Source of the DNA: Vicinamibacteria bacterium
GTDB lineage: Bacteria > Acidobacteriota > Vicinamibacteria > Vicinamibacterales > JAENWD01
Assembly: GCA_963697705.1 (NCBI GenBank)
Contig: CAVOPA010000009.1
Span: 240,821 to 304,820, forward strand
Length of the DNA: 64,000 nucleotides
Direction of reading: 5' to 3'
Part shown: piece by piece, positions 12,815 to 22,525 of the stretch
How positions within the stretch are numbered: the stretch's first letter is position 1
Layout of the letters: every line of letters begins with the position of its first letter
Program-made: the position numbers and the translations under genes
The notes under the pieces: model-generated
Database searches by the model: none
What the model saw: only the letters and a program-made list of their open reading frames with translations
Told to the model about the DNA's origin: nothing

Positions 12815-14023
12815 ATGTTCAGTCATCAACCGGATCCTGAGGTCCTCGTCGTCGGCGCCGGTCCCGTTGGTCTCGTCGCGGCCTTGTTCCTGCAGCAGTA
12901 CGGGGTCCGCGCGGAGATCGTCGATCTGCACCAGCGGACGACCCAATACAGTTACGCCCTCGCGATTCATCCCCGCACGCTCCGGATTCTCGACGAAGCA
13001 GGCCTCTCCGACGGGCTGATCGGCGCGGGCCGGAAGCTGACGACCGTCGCCTTCTACGAAGGACGGGAGAGGCGCGCCGAGATCGATTATGCGGCCCTCG
13101 CGTCCGACCACCCGTACCTGCTGGTCGTCCGCCAAAGCCTGCTGGAGAGGGCGGCGGAGGAGGCACTCCGTCGGCGGAAGCTCGAGGTCCTGTGGGGCCA
13201 CCGGCTGCAGGCCCTCACCGTGGACGGCACGACCGTCCGGGCGGAGGTGGCGACGCTCGATCAGGTCGCGACCGGCTACCCCGTCGCGCGAAGCGAGTCG
13301 GTCGTCGTGCGAACCGAGACCATGCGGCCGGCCTTCGTGATCGGCGCCGACGGGTACGACTCGGCCGTGCGGCGGATGTCCGGCATCGAGATGGCGGAGC
13401 ACGGCGTTGGCGAGGTCTTCTCCGTCTACGAGATCGAGGCGACGGGCGAGCTTCCCGCGGAAGTCCGCGTCATTCTCGATCCAGACCTGACGAGCGTCTA
13501 CTGGCCCCTCGAAGAGGGCCGATGCCGCTGGGGGTTCCAGATCCAGGACGCCTCCGGACACGAGGCATCGATGGCGCGGCTCGAACAGTTGATCGCCGCG
13601 AGGGCTCCCTGGTGCACGGCGCGGCCGACCCAGATTTACTGGTCGACGCTCGGCCTCTTCGAGCGCCGCCTGACGCGACGGTTCGGGAAAGGAGCCGTCT
13701 GGCTCGCAGGGGACGCGGCTCACCAGGCGGCTCCGGTCGGCGTGCACAGCATGAATTCGGGGCTGGTCGAAGCGCGCGAGCTGGCATCGCGCATGTCGCG
13801 GATCCAGCGCGCGGGGGCAGCACCCTCGCTTCTCCAGGAATTCGGGACCGAGACGCACGATGCGTGGGGACGGCTACTCGATGCCGGCCGCGCGGTGCGG
13901 GCGCTTCCGGAGGCGGCCCCGTGGGTGCGGCAGGCCGCGGGGCGGATCGTCGCCTGCATTCCCGCCTCGGGAGATGACCTCGAACCGCTGCTCAATCAAA
14001 TCGGCCTCACCGCCGCGCCGTAG
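12815..14023 (+). CDS. FAD-dependent aromatic-ring monooxygenase (UbiH/PheA-like)
   Basis: ATG at 12815 is preceded by GAGGAGG (12801-12807). GxGxxG fold ([17 protein letters not shown]) and a late GDAAH motif ([13 protein letters not shown]). Confidence 0.8.
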   Translation: MFSHQPDPEVLVVGAGPVGLVAALFLQQYGVRAEIVDLHQRTTQYSYALAIHPRTLRILDEAGLSDGLIGAGRKLTTVAFYEGRERRAEIDYAALASDHPYLLVVRQSLLERAAEEALRRRKLEVLWGHRLQALTVDGTTVRAEVATLDQVATGYPVARSESVVVRTETMRPAFVIGADGYDSAVRRMSGIEMAEHGVGEVFSVYEIEATGELPAEVRVILDPDLTSVYWPLEEGRCRWGFQIQDASGHEASMARLEQLIAARAPWCTARPTQIYWSTLGLFERRLTRRFGKGAVWLAGDAAHQAAPVGVHSMNSGLVEARELASRMSRIQRAGAAPSLLQEFGTETHDAWGRLLDAGRAVRALPEAAPWVRQAAGRIVACIPASGDDLEPLLNQIGLTAAP

Positions 14024-14048
14024 CTCGCGCGCGTTGCGTCTCGCGAGC
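14023..14048 (+). terminator. Candidate stem-loop terminator after the monooxygenase gene
   Basis: GCTCGCG (14023-14029) pairs with CGCGAGC (14042-14048) around a 12-nt loop. There is no T-tract, so support is weak. Confidence 0.3.
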
Positions 14049-14072
14049 GTAGGTGGCCGCGTAGGCGAACGC

Positions 14073-14101
14073 TTGACTCGCGCGATACACGCTGATAGAA
14101 A
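14073..14101 (+). promoter_or_regulatory. Candidate sigma70-type promoter for the second respiratory operon (TTGACT-17 nt-TAGAAA)
   Basis: The -35-like TTGACT is at 14073-14078 and the -10-like TAGAAA at 14096-14101, about 35 nt upstream of the proposed TTG start at 14136. Pattern match only. Confidence 0.3.
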
Positions 14102-14135
14102 TGGCCGTCCTCAACAGCTGACGCGGGGAACCGGC

Positions 14136-15602
14136 TTGGCCCAGACGGAAGCGGAACTGCTCGACAACCCTGTCGCCGGCCAGCCCACCCTGATCCTGGG
14201 CTCGCCGGACTTCCATTCGATCACCGAGGCCGTCGCGGCGCCGGTCGAGCGCGGGACACCGCTCGGCTGGTGGCTCCTCTTCCTCCCGTCCCTCGCGCTC
14301 CTCGGCCTGCTCGGCGTGGCGGTCTCGTGGCTGTTCTGGGAGGGGATCGGCGTCTGGGGCCTCAACGTCCCCGTCGGCTGGGCGTGGGACATCACGAACT
14401 TCGTCTTCTGGGTCGGCATCGGCCACGCCGGCACGCTCATCTCGGCGATCCTCTTTCTCTTCCGGCAGAGATGGCGCACCTCGATCAACCGTTCGGCGGA
14501 GGCGATGACCATCTTCGCCGTCATGTGCGCGATGACCTTCCCGGGGATTCATGTGGGACGCGTCTGGGTCGCCTACTGGATGTTCCCGATCCCGAACCAG
14601 ATGGGCGTCTGGCCCAACTTCAGGAGCCCTCTTCTCTGGGACGTCTTCGCGGTCAGCATCTACGGAACCGTCTCGGCCCTGTTCTGGTACGTCGGCCTGA
14701 TCCCGGACCTGGCGACGCTGCGCGATCGGGCGAAAACGCCGACGCGGAAATTCGTCTACGGCCTCTTCGCGCTCGGATGGCGCGGCTCCGTGCGGCAGTG
14801 GCATCACTACGAAACCGCCTACCTCATTCTCGCAGCCCTCGCGACGCCGCTCGTCCTGTCGGTTCACTCGATCGTCTCGATGGACTTCGCGGTCTCCCTC
14901 CTCCCTGGATGGCACACGACGGTCTTCCCGCCCTACTTCGTCGCGGGCGCGATCTTCTCCGGGTTCGCCATGGTGCTGACGCTCATGGTGATCTGCCGCA
15001 AGGCGTTCCGCCTCGAGCACATCATCACCCTCCGGCACTTCGACTACATGTCGAAGATCATGCTCGTGACCGGGATGATGGTCGGCTACGCCTATGCCAC
15101 GGAGTTCTTCACCGCGCGCTACAGCGGGAACCCCTACGAGATCTTCACGTTCCTGAACCGCGCGCTCGGGCCGTACGCCTGGGCCTACTGGATCATGGTC
15201 ACCTGCAACGTGATCAGCCCCCAGATCTTCTGGTTCAAGAAGGCGCGCACGAGCATACCGATCCTGTTCGTCGTGTCGATCGTCATCAACGTCGGCATGT
15301 GGTTCGAGCGGTTCGTGATCATCGTGACGTCGCTGCACCGTGACTTCCTGCCGTCGTCCTGGGGCTACTTCACGCCCACGATCTGGGACGTGTCGTGCCT
15401 GCTCGGAAGCTTCGGGCTCTTCTTCACGATGTTCTGCCTGTTCGTGCGCTTTCTTCCGATGGTGGCGACCGCCGAGGTCAAGACCGTCCTGCCGCAGGCC
15501 GATCCGCACTGGCAGCCCGGCCCCGAACGTGAGATCAGGGACCATCGGGCCGCGCCGCGGCCTCTCGGCGCGCCCACGCCCGCTGCCGAAGGTTCCTCTT
15601 GA
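14136..15602 (+). CDS. ActC paralog (NrfD-like membrane subunit) of a second, reduced ACIII-like module
   Basis: Aligns along its whole length with ActC (600-2030). The track ORF starts at 13860 but overlaps the upstream gene. TTG at 14136 gives an N-terminus equivalent to ActC, with a GGGGAA about 8 nt upstream. Confidence 0.85.
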   Translation: MAQTEAELLDNPVAGQPTLILGSPDFHSITEAVAAPVERGTPLGWWLLFLPSLALLGLLGVAVSWLFWEGIGVWGLNVPVGWAWDITNFVFWVGIGHAGTLISAILFLFRQRWRTSINRSAEAMTIFAVMCAMTFPGIHVGRVWVAYWMFPIPNQMGVWPNFRSPLLWDVFAVSIYGTVSALFWYVGLIPDLATLRDRAKTPTRKFVYGLFALGWRGSVRQWHHYETAYLILAALATPLVLSVHSIVSMDFAVSLLPGWHTTVFPPYFVAGAIFSGFAMVLTLMVICRKAFRLEHIITLRHFDYMSKIMLVTGMMVGYAYATEFFTARYSGNPYEIFTFLNRALGPYAWAYWIMVTCNVISPQIFWFKKARTSIPILFVVSIVINVGMWFERFVIIVTSLHRDFLPSSWGYFTPTIWDVSCLLGSFGLFFTMFCLFVRFLPMVATAEVKTVLPQADPHWQPGPEREIRDHRAAPRPLGAPTPAAEGSS

Positions 15603-16159
15603 TGTCGCTCCTCTTCTCGCGCCTGCCGAAGGGGCCGTACTACGGAATCCTGGCCGAATTCGCGACGCCGGCGGACCTCTTTCACGCGTGCGAGCGAGTG
15701 CGCGACGCGGGCTTCACCCGGTGGGACGCGCACAGCCCGTTCCCTGTCCACGGTCTCGAGGGAGCGATGGGGCTCAGGCGCTCTCCGCTTCCGTGGATCG
15801 TCCTCGCCACGGGGCTGATGGGGGCCACGCTCGGGTTCTGCCTGCAGTGGTGGGTCCACGCCGCCGCCTACCCGCTCGTGATCAGCGGCAAACCGTACTT
15901 CGCCTGGCCCGCGTACATTCCGATCACCTTCGAGGTCGCAGTGCTGTTCGGCGCGCTCGGCGCCGTCTTCGGCATGTTCGGCCTGAACCAGCTGCCCATG
16001 CACTACCATCCGCTCTTCAGGTCCCAGGTCTTCGAGCGGGTGACCGACGACGCCTTCTTCATCTCGATCGAATCGTGGGATCCCCGATTCGATCCGTCGG
16101 CGACGGGGAAGCTGCTGGAGTCGCTGGGCGCACGCAGCGTCGAGCTCCTGGAGGCCTGA
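15599..16159 (+). CDS. ActD paralog (DUF3341-type)
   Basis: [13 protein letters not shown]...[15 protein letters not shown] aligns with ActD. The start (TTG 15599 or ATG 15602) overlaps the upstream stop codon. Confidence 0.8.
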   Translation: MMSLLFSRLPKGPYYGILAEFATPADLFHACERVRDAGFTRWDAHSPFPVHGLEGAMGLRRSPLPWIVLATGLMGATLGFCLQWWVHAAAYPLVISGKPYFAWPAYIPITFEVAVLFGALGAVFGMFGLNQLPMHYHPLFRSQVFERVTDDAFFISIESWDPRFDPSATGKLLESLGARSVELLEA

Positions 16160-17374
16160 ATGATCCCCGAACGCGATCGCGTCGCGCTGCGGCCCGAGCA
16201 GGCCACGATTCCGCCGGGGCACCCGGCGAACCGCCTTCCGATCGTCGGCGTCGTCGCCGCCCTGCTGGGCGCTGTGGTGTGCGTGATTCTGGGGCCGGCC
16301 AATCCGAAGCAGTTCTTCTTCTCGTGGCTCGTGTCGTTCCTGTTCTTTCTCAGCCTGGCCGTCGGCGCGCTCTTCTTTGTGCTGATCCAGTACGCAGCCC
16401 AGGGCGAATGGGGGATCGTGCTGCGGCGGATCGGGGAGACGACCTTCGCGACGATTCCCGTGATGGCGGTCCTCTTCGTGCCGGTGCTCCTCGGCCTGCA
16501 CGATCTCTACCTGTGGAGTGTTCCGGGCGCGGCGGAGCATGATGCGCTGCTTCGCTGGAAGGCGCCTTATCTCAACGTGCCGTTCTTCCTGGTCCGGGCG
16601 GCGCTCTACTTCGGAAGCTGGTCCTTCATCGCGGTCTTCTACTACCGCAGCTCGCGCGGTCAGGACGTGACGGGGGATCTCCGGGTGTCGGCCCGCTTGC
16701 GCCGCCTCGCGGGTCCCGCCCTCATCGTCCTCTCGGTGACCTCGACCTTCGCCTCGTTCGACTGGATCATGTCGCTCACGCCGCACTGGTACTCGACCAT
16801 CTTCGGCGTCTATTTCTTCGCCGGGTCCTTCGTCGGGTTCATCGCGCTGCTCTCGGTCGTCGTGGTGGCGATGCGCGGGGCGGGACTGCTGGACACGGTC
16901 ATCAGCACCGAGCACCTGCACGATGTCGGCAAGCTCCTGTTCGCATTCACCGCGTTCTGGGCCTATATCGGCTTCTCCCAGTTCTTCCTCATGTGGTACG
17001 CCAACCTCCCGGAGGAGACGATTTGGTACAAGGCCCGGATGGAGGGGTCCTGGATGCAGGTCTCGCTGTTCCTGATGGCGGGGCATTTCGTGGCGCCGTT
17101 CTTCTATCTGATGGGGCGCACGGTCAAGCGGAAGGGAGCGACCCTGGCGGCCGGCGGAGCGTGGCTCCTCGCCATGCACTTCCTCGATCTCCACTGGCAG
17201 ATCATGCCGACGCTCCATCCCGACGGGTTCCGTCCGTCGGTGCTGGACGTCGCCGCGCTGATGGCCGTCGGCGGGTGCTTCGTGGCGGCGGCGAGCTGGC
17301 TGATGCGACGGCAGGCACTCGTGCCGCTGCGCGACCCGAGGCTCGCCGAATCTCTCGCTTTCGAGAACGCCTGA
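16160..17374 (+). CDS. ActF paralog (polytopic membrane subunit)
   Basis: HLHDVGKLLFAF..WAYIGFSQFFLMWYANLPEE aligns with ActF. The start is adjacent to the actD-paralog stop. Confidence 0.8.
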   Translation: MIPERDRVALRPEQATIPPGHPANRLPIVGVVAALLGAVVCVILGPANPKQFFFSWLVSFLFFLSLAVGALFFVLIQYAAQGEWGIVLRRIGETTFATIPVMAVLFVPVLLGLHDLYLWSVPGAAEHDALLRWKAPYLNVPFFLVRAALYFGSWSFIAVFYYRSSRGQDVTGDLRVSARLRRLAGPALIVLSVTSTFASFDWIMSLTPHWYSTIFGVYFFAGSFVGFIALLSVVVVAMRGAGLLDTVISTEHLHDVGKLLFAFTAFWAYIGFSQFFLMWYANLPEETIWYKARMEGSWMQVSLFLMAGHFVAPFFYLMGRTVKRKGATLAAGGAWLLAMHFLDLHWQIMPTLHPDGFRPSVLDVAALMAVGGCFVAAASWLMRRQALVPLRDPRLAESLAFENA

Positions 17375-17604
17375 GTTGATGACGGCGAGCTTACGGGGAT
17401 GCCAGCACGCAACCCGTCGTGGCGTGTGCCCGCGGGCCATGCGCAGCCACGCAACCGTGGGCCTGCCGCGCCGAAGCGCGCGACTTGTGCTGCGCGCGAA
17501 GGCGGGTGTACAGTCGGCTCGCAATCAAATTTCTGAGACGACAGCCCCGATGTGATCGCGCGCGGGAGCCGGCGTCTCGAAGACGAACAAGGAGGCGATG
17601 GACC

Positions 17605-18348
17605 ATGACCAAGGAGACGAGGATGCGCAGGATGGAGAAGAGGGTGTGCCTGGCGGCAGTGCTGGCCGCCGTGTCGGTCTGGCCAGGCGTCGCCATCGCC
17701 GCGTCGTCCATCAACGGAACCGTCACCTTCGACGGGAAAGCCCCCACTCTCAAACCGATCGCGATGGACGCCGACCCCGGGTGCGCCAAGAAGCACTCGG
17801 GACCCGTGCCGAACGAAATGCTGGTGCTCGGCAGCGGCAACACCATGGCGAACATCATGGTCTATGTCTCGAAGGGCCTCCCGGCCGGGAAGACCTGGCC
17901 CGTCCCGAGTACGCCGGTTGTCCTCGATCAGAATGGCTGTCAGTACAAGCCGCACGTGATGGGGATCATGGTCGGTCAGACCTACAAGATCCTCAACTCC
18001 GACGGCATCCTCCACAACATCCACACGCTGCCGCAGATCAACAAGTCGTTCAACCGGGCGATGCCGGCGACGTTCAAGGAGACGACAACGACCTTCGACA
18101 AAGCGGAGGCGATCTTCCACACCAAGTGCGACATCCACCCCTGGATGAGCGCCTACGTCGGTGTCTTCACCCATCCCTTCTTTTCGGTGACGAGCACGGA
18201 CGGGAAGTTCACGATTTCCGGCCTCGACCCTGGCACCTACGAGATCACCGCCTGGCACGAAAGGCTGGGGACGCAGACAGCTTCGGTCACGGTTGGCGCC
18301 ACCGATACGAAGACGCAAAACTTCAAGTTCGCCGTCCCCGCGAAGTAG
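17605..18348 (+). CDS. Secreted type-1 (blue) copper protein: amicyanin-like cupredoxin embedded in a beta-sandwich scaffold
   Basis: AAGGAGG lies 9 nt upstream of the ATG at 17605. Signal peptide VCLAAVLAAVSVWPGVAIA. Ligand pattern HNIH ... C-D-I-H-P-W-M (C-x2-H-x2-M, as in amicyanin CTPHPFM). Confidence 0.75.
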   Translation: MTKETRMRRMEKRVCLAAVLAAVSVWPGVAIAASSINGTVTFDGKAPTLKPIAMDADPGCAKKHSGPVPNEMLVLGSGNTMANIMVYVSKGLPAGKTWPVPSTPVVLDQNGCQYKPHVMGIMVGQTYKILNSDGILHNIHTLPQINKSFNRAMPATFKETTTTFDKAEAIFHTKCDIHPWMSAYVGVFTHPFFSVTSTDGKFTISGLDPGTYEITAWHERLGTQTASVTVGATDTKTQNFKFAVPAK

Positions 18349-18366
18349 TCATTCGGAGATCAGCGC

Positions 18367-20130
18367 ATGAGTGAGCCGGCAGCCGTCGCCGCATCCACGC
18401 CGCACGCCGCGCACGACGTCCATCACGAGGCGCTCGGCTTCTGGCGCACGTACGTCTTCTCCGTCGATCACAAGGTCATCGGCATCCAGTACGGCATCAC
18501 CGGTCTGCTGTTCCTGCTATTCGGCTTTTCGCTGATGATGCTCATGCGCTGGCAGCTCGCCTACCCTGGCGTCGCGCTGCCGCTCATCGGTAACCTCTTC
18601 GGCGAAGCGCGCATGCCGGGAGGCACGATGCTCCCTGAGTTCTACAACGAGCTCGGGGCGATGCACGGCACCATCATGGTCTTTCTCGGCGTGGTGCCCC
18701 TGGCCGTCGGCGGTTTCGGGAATTTCGTGCTCCCGCTCCAGATTGGAGCGCCGGACATGGCCTTCCCGCGGCTCAACATGGCGAGCTACTGGTTCTTCTT
18801 CCTCGGCGGCGTGACGATGCTGGCCAGCTTCCTCGTCCCCGGGGGAGCGGCGCAGTCCGGGTGGACCTCCTACGCGCCCCTCTCGGTCATCGCGGGTACG
18901 GGCCAGACGATGTGGCTCATCGGGATGATTTTCCTGATCACCTCGTCGCTGCTCGGGGCGGTCAACTTCATCACGACCACGATCCAATTGCGCGCCAAGG
19001 GCCTCACGTTCATGCGATTCCCCTTCTTCGTGTGGGCGCAGTTCGTGACCGCGTTCCTCCTGCTCCTGGCCTTCCCGCCGCTCGAGGCCGCGGGCGTCAT
19101 GCAGCTGATGGATCGTGTCGCCGGGACCAGCTTCTTCCTCCCGAGCGGCCTCGTCGTCAGCGGCCAGGTCCTGACGAATGCGGGCGGAGGCAACCCGCTC
19201 CTGTGGCAGCACCTGTTCTGGTTCCTGGCGCACCCGGAAGTCTACGTCCTGATCCTTCCGGCGATGGGGATCGTCGCCGAGATCATCGCGAACAACACGC
19301 GGAAGCCCCTGTGGGGCTACCGTTCCATGGTCTACTCGATCATCTTCCTCGGCTTCATGTCGTTCATCGTGTGGGCGCACCACATGTTCATGACCGGCAT
19401 GGGGACGGCGATGGCGGCGTTCTTCCAGACGACGACGATGATCATCTCGATTCCATCGGTCGTGATCCTCACGGCCCTGATCATCTCGCTCTGGGGCGGA
19501 TCGATACGTTTCAATACGCCGATGCTCTTCGCGGTCGCCTTTCTGCCGATGTTCGGCATCGGCGGGCTCACGGGGCTTCCGCTCGGCTTGAACGTCGCGG
19601 ACATCCCGCTGCACGACACCTACTACGTCATCGGCCACTTCCACTACGTCGTCGCGCCAGGGACGATCTTCGCCCTGTTCGCGGGGATCTACTACTGGTA
19701 TCCGAAGGCAACTGGAAGAAAGATGAACGAGACGCTCGGCAAGATCCATTTCGCCGGCTCGTTCGTCTGCATGAACGTCATCTTCATGCCGATGTTCCTC
19801 ATGGGCCTGGCCGGCGTCTCACGGCGGCTGTACGACGGTGGCGCGAGCTACGCGTTTGCGCAGCCGGTGCTGCACCTGAACGTCGTGTCGTCCTGGGGTG
19901 CGTGGATTATGGCGCTCTTCCAGATCCCCTTCATCTTCAACTTCTTCTGGAGCCTCCGGAAGGGAGAGAAGACCGACGCGAACCCGTGGCAGGCCACGAC
20001 AATAGAGTGGGCGGCGCCATCGCCCCCGCCGCACGGCAACTTCTCCGCGCCACCGGAAGCGTACCGGGGGCCCTACGAGTACAGCGTTCCCGGCGCGGCC
20101 AGGGACTTCGTGCCGCAGTCCGAGGCCTGA
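18367..20130 (+). CDS. coxA: Cytochrome c oxidase subunit I, second copy
   Basis: 587 aa with HCO blocks (WFLAHPEVYVLILPAMG, VWAHHMF, HDTYYVIGHFHY). Confidence 0.95.
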   Translation: MSEPAAVAASTPHAAHDVHHEALGFWRTYVFSVDHKVIGIQYGITGLLFLLFGFSLMMLMRWQLAYPGVALPLIGNLFGEARMPGGTMLPEFYNELGAMHGTIMVFLGVVPLAVGGFGNFVLPLQIGAPDMAFPRLNMASYWFFFLGGVTMLASFLVPGGAAQSGWTSYAPLSVIAGTGQTMWLIGMIFLITSSLLGAVNFITTTIQLRAKGLTFMRFPFFVWAQFVTAFLLLLAFPPLEAAGVMQLMDRVAGTSFFLPSGLVVSGQVLTNAGGGNPLLWQHLFWFLAHPEVYVLILPAMGIVAEIIANNTRKPLWGYRSMVYSIIFLGFMSFIVWAHHMFMTGMGTAMAAFFQTTTMIISIPSVVILTALIISLWGGSIRFNTPMLFAVAFLPMFGIGGLTGLPLGLNVADIPLHDTYYVIGHFHYVVAPGTIFALFAGIYYWYPKATGRKMNETLGKIHFAGSFVCMNVIFMPMFLMGLAGVSRRLYDGGASYAFAQPVLHLNVVSSWGAWIMALFQIPFIFNFFWSLRKGEKTDANPWQATTIEWAAPSPPPHGNFSAPPEAYRGPYEYSVPGAARDFVPQSEA

Positions 20131-20135
20131 TTGAG

Positions 20136-20726
20136 ATGGAAATTCCCTACACCGTAGCGATCCGCCGCGATACCGGCCTCAATAACGGCAAGATCGGGAT
20201 CTGGCTCTTTCTGGCGTCGGAGGTGATGCTGTTCGGCGCCCTGTTCGCGTCCTACATCCTGATCCGGACGGGGGCACCGACCTGGCCGCGGGGAGACACG
20301 ATCCTGAACGTGCCGCTCGCCACGTTCAACACGCTCGTCCTCATTTCGTCGTCGGTCACGATGGTCATGGCCTGGGCGTCGCTGATGCGCCACCGCATCG
20401 GGACCTTCCGGATCTACATGGGGACGACGATCCTGCTCGGGTTCGTGTTCCTCGTGGTGAAGTACTTCGAATACAGCCACAAGTTCCACGACGGGCTCTT
20501 TCCCAGCACCAACAACTTCCTCGCCATCTACTTCACGTTGACCGGCCTGCACATGCTCCACGTGGCCGGCGGGATGGCGGTGAACGCCTATCTGCTGGGT
20601 CCAGGCTCGAAGCTCTGGAAGACGAACCCGGAGTGGTTCACGAATCGGGTCGAGAACTCGGGTCTCTTCTGGCACTTCGTGGATCTGGTCTGGATCTTCC
20701 TGTTTCCGACGCTGTATCTTCTCTAG
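20136..20726 (+). CDS. coxC: Cytochrome c oxidase subunit III, second copy
   Basis: ATG at 20136 lies within track ORF 18861-20726. Sequence IGIWLFLASEVMLFGALF...LFWHFVDLVWIFLFP. Confidence 0.9.
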   Translation: MEIPYTVAIRRDTGLNNGKIGIWLFLASEVMLFGALFASYILIRTGAPTWPRGDTILNVPLATFNTLVLISSSVTMVMAWASLMRHRIGTFRIYMGTTILLGFVFLVVKYFEYSHKFHDGLFPSTNNFLAIYFTLTGLHMLHVAGGMAVNAYLLGPGSKLWKTNPEWFTNRVENSGLFWHFVDLVWIFLFPTLYLL

Positions 20727-20740
20727 CAGGGACGACGATC

Positions 20741-21067
20741 ATGACGAGCGATCACGTGAGCGTGACGAGCGACCACGCAGCTGACATCGACAAGCACGTC
20801 AGGATCTACATCACCGTGTTCGTCGCGCTCATGGCCCTGACACTGATCACGGTGGCGGTGTCTCGCGTTCACCTTCCCGTGCCGATCGCCGTGAGCGTGG
20901 CCCTGCTCGTTGCCACCGTGAAGGGAACGCTGGTGGCGTGCTACTTCATGCACTTGATCTCCGAGAAGAAGCTGATCTACGCGGTTCTCGCGATTACCGC
21001 TGTCTTCTTTGTCGCGCTGCTCGCCCTTCCGGCCATGACCGTCAGCAACGGCTACTGGATTCACTGA
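20741..21067 (+). CDS. Cytochrome c oxidase subunit IV-like small membrane protein, second copy
   Basis: 108 aa with three TM helices. Resembles 9769-10107 (LVACYFMHL versus VVLFFMHV). Confidence 0.7.
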   Translation: MTSDHVSVTSDHAADIDKHVRIYITVFVALMALTLITVAVSRVHLPVPIAVSVALLVATVKGTLVACYFMHLISEKKLIYAVLAITAVFFVALLALPAMTVSNGYWIH

Positions 21068-21267
21068 TGAACCTGCGGTCGGTCCACGCGCTGCTGATCC
21101 TCCTCTCCGCGGCGCTTGCGGTGATCTTCGGTCTCTGGTGCCTGGGCCGATACGGGCGGGAGGACGGTGTGGCGAGCCTGCTCGCGGCTATCGCGGCCTT
21201 CGCGGTGTCATTGGGTCTGGTCGTCTACGACTCATGGTTCCTGCGTAAGACGAGGACGCTGCGATGA
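21067..21267 (+). CDS. Hypothetical two-TM membrane protein (66 aa)
   Basis: The ATG overlaps the upstream TGA (TGATG), and the stop overlaps the next ATG (ATGA). Two hydrophobic helices. No recognisable family. Confidence 0.5.
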   Translation: MNLRSVHALLILLSAALAVIFGLWCLGRYGREDGVASLLAAIAAFAVSLGLVVYDSWFLRKTRTLR

Positions 21268-21629
21268 CCCGCCTCCACTCTTCCCCCTTCGCGCGTCGTG
21301 CTACGCCGGACAGGTCGCGCTTCGGCGCGGCAGGAAGCGCCGAGTCGCCGGCCCTCCGCTGGATTTTGCAGGCTTGCACGACGGCCGCGGCCGTGATCAT
21401 CGGCGGGGGCACGAGCGTCCTTGCCTGCCCCGTGTGCTTCGGGGCGGAGGAGAGCTCGATGATCGACGCGACGAAGCTCGGGGTCATCGTGATGCTGGCC
21501 ATCACGCTCGTGGTCCAGGGCGGGTTCGTGGGCTTCTTTCTCTACCTTCGCAGGCGCGCGAAGCGCATCGCAGACGTCGAGCTCGACACCGAGTGGTCGG
21601 AGCTCCAAGGGGCCTCGAGAACATCATGA
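21264..21629 (+). CDS. Hypothetical two-TM membrane protein with a CPVC motif in the inter-helix loop
   Basis: Arg-rich N-terminus, TM1, ACPVCFG, TM2. ATGA overlaps on both sides indicate translational coupling with coxB. Confidence 0.55.
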   Translation: MTRLHSSPFARRATPDRSRFGAAGSAESPALRWILQACTTAAAVIIGGGTSVLACPVCFGAEESSMIDATKLGVIVMLAITLVVQGGFVGFFLYLRRRAKRIADVELDTEWSELQGASRTS

Positions 21630-22426
21630 CTGAATGGCTCGGACTCCCGCCGCTCGCCTCGGCTCACGGCGGCCAGATCGACAGCTTGATTGGCTGGACG
21701 CACGTGTTCATGCTCATCCTGTTCGTCGGATGGGGAGCATTCTTCGCGTATACCCTGGTTCGCTTCCGCCGCTCGCGGCACCCGGTGGCGGACTACACGG
21801 GAATCAAGTCGCATGCCTCGAGCTATTCCGAGATCGGCGTGGCCATCGTCGAAGCGATTCTCCTGTTCGCGTTCTCGGTTCCGATCTGGGCCGCGAGAGT
21901 CGACCGCATTCCGCCGGAGAACCAGGCGCTGGTCGTTCGGGTCACGGGCGAGCAGTTCGCCTGGAACGTCCACTATGCCGGCCCCGACAGAGTATTTGGC
22001 CGCACCGACGTCAAGCTGATCGACCTGCAGTCGAACCCTCTCGGAGTCGATCGCTCCGATCCGGCTGCCAAGGACGACATCACCACGGTCAATCAGCTCT
22101 ACCTGCCCGTGAACAAGCCCGTGATCGTCAGGCTCAGGAGCAAGGACGTCATCCACAGCTTCGGCGTGCCCGAGTTCCGGGTGAAGCAGGACGCCATTCC
22201 CGGCCTCACGATTCCCATCTGGTTCATTCCCAACGTCACGACCGCCGAGATGCGGACCCGGACGGGGAAGGCGGACTTTCAGTACGAGATCGCCTGCGCG
22301 CAGCTCTGTGGGCTGGGCCATGCCCGCATGCGCGGATTCGTCACCGTCCAGACCGCAGACGAGTTCCAGAAATGGATGGACGCCCAGGAGGAACAGCTGA
22401 AGGGCGAATCCGACATCTTCCAGTAG
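21626..22426 (+). CDS. coxB: Cytochrome c oxidase subunit II without a cytochrome c domain
   Basis: Two N-terminal TM helices and the CuA pattern VIHSF...CAQLCGLGHARM. No CxxCH motif. ATG at 21626 lies within track ORF 21167-22426. Confidence 0.9.
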   Translation: MTEWLGLPPLASAHGGQIDSLIGWTHVFMLILFVGWGAFFAYTLVRFRRSRHPVADYTGIKSHASSYSEIGVAIVEAILLFAFSVPIWAARVDRIPPENQALVVRVTGEQFAWNVHYAGPDRVFGRTDVKLIDLQSNPLGVDRSDPAAKDDITTVNQLYLPVNKPVIVRLRSKDVIHSFGVPEFRVKQDAIPGLTIPIWFIPNVTTAEMRTRTGKADFQYEIACAQLCGLGHARMRGFVTVQTADEFQKWMDAQEEQLKGESDIFQ

Positions 22427-22476
22427 CAGGTCATTGGCGGTTCCCGCGGGCATCCCGTCACAGGATTTGGACGTGC

Positions 22477-22512
22477 GCTGGCTTTGTCGATCCGTTGGAT
22501 CGATGAGCCAGC
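22477..22512. terminator. Candidate bidirectional stem-loop between convergent genes
   Basis: Nested inverted repeat GCTGGCT-ttgt-CGATCC-gtt-GGATCG-atg-AGCCAGC. No T-tract. Confidence 0.4.
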
Positions 22513-22525
22513 GCCACCGCACACG

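Noticed and set aside
13860-14135. N-terminal 92-codon extension of the ActC-paralog ORF as given in the track (start 13860).
   Set aside because: It overlaps the end of the monooxygenase gene and has no counterpart in ActC. A TTG at 14136 with an upstream purine-rich patch gives a colinear N-terminus.
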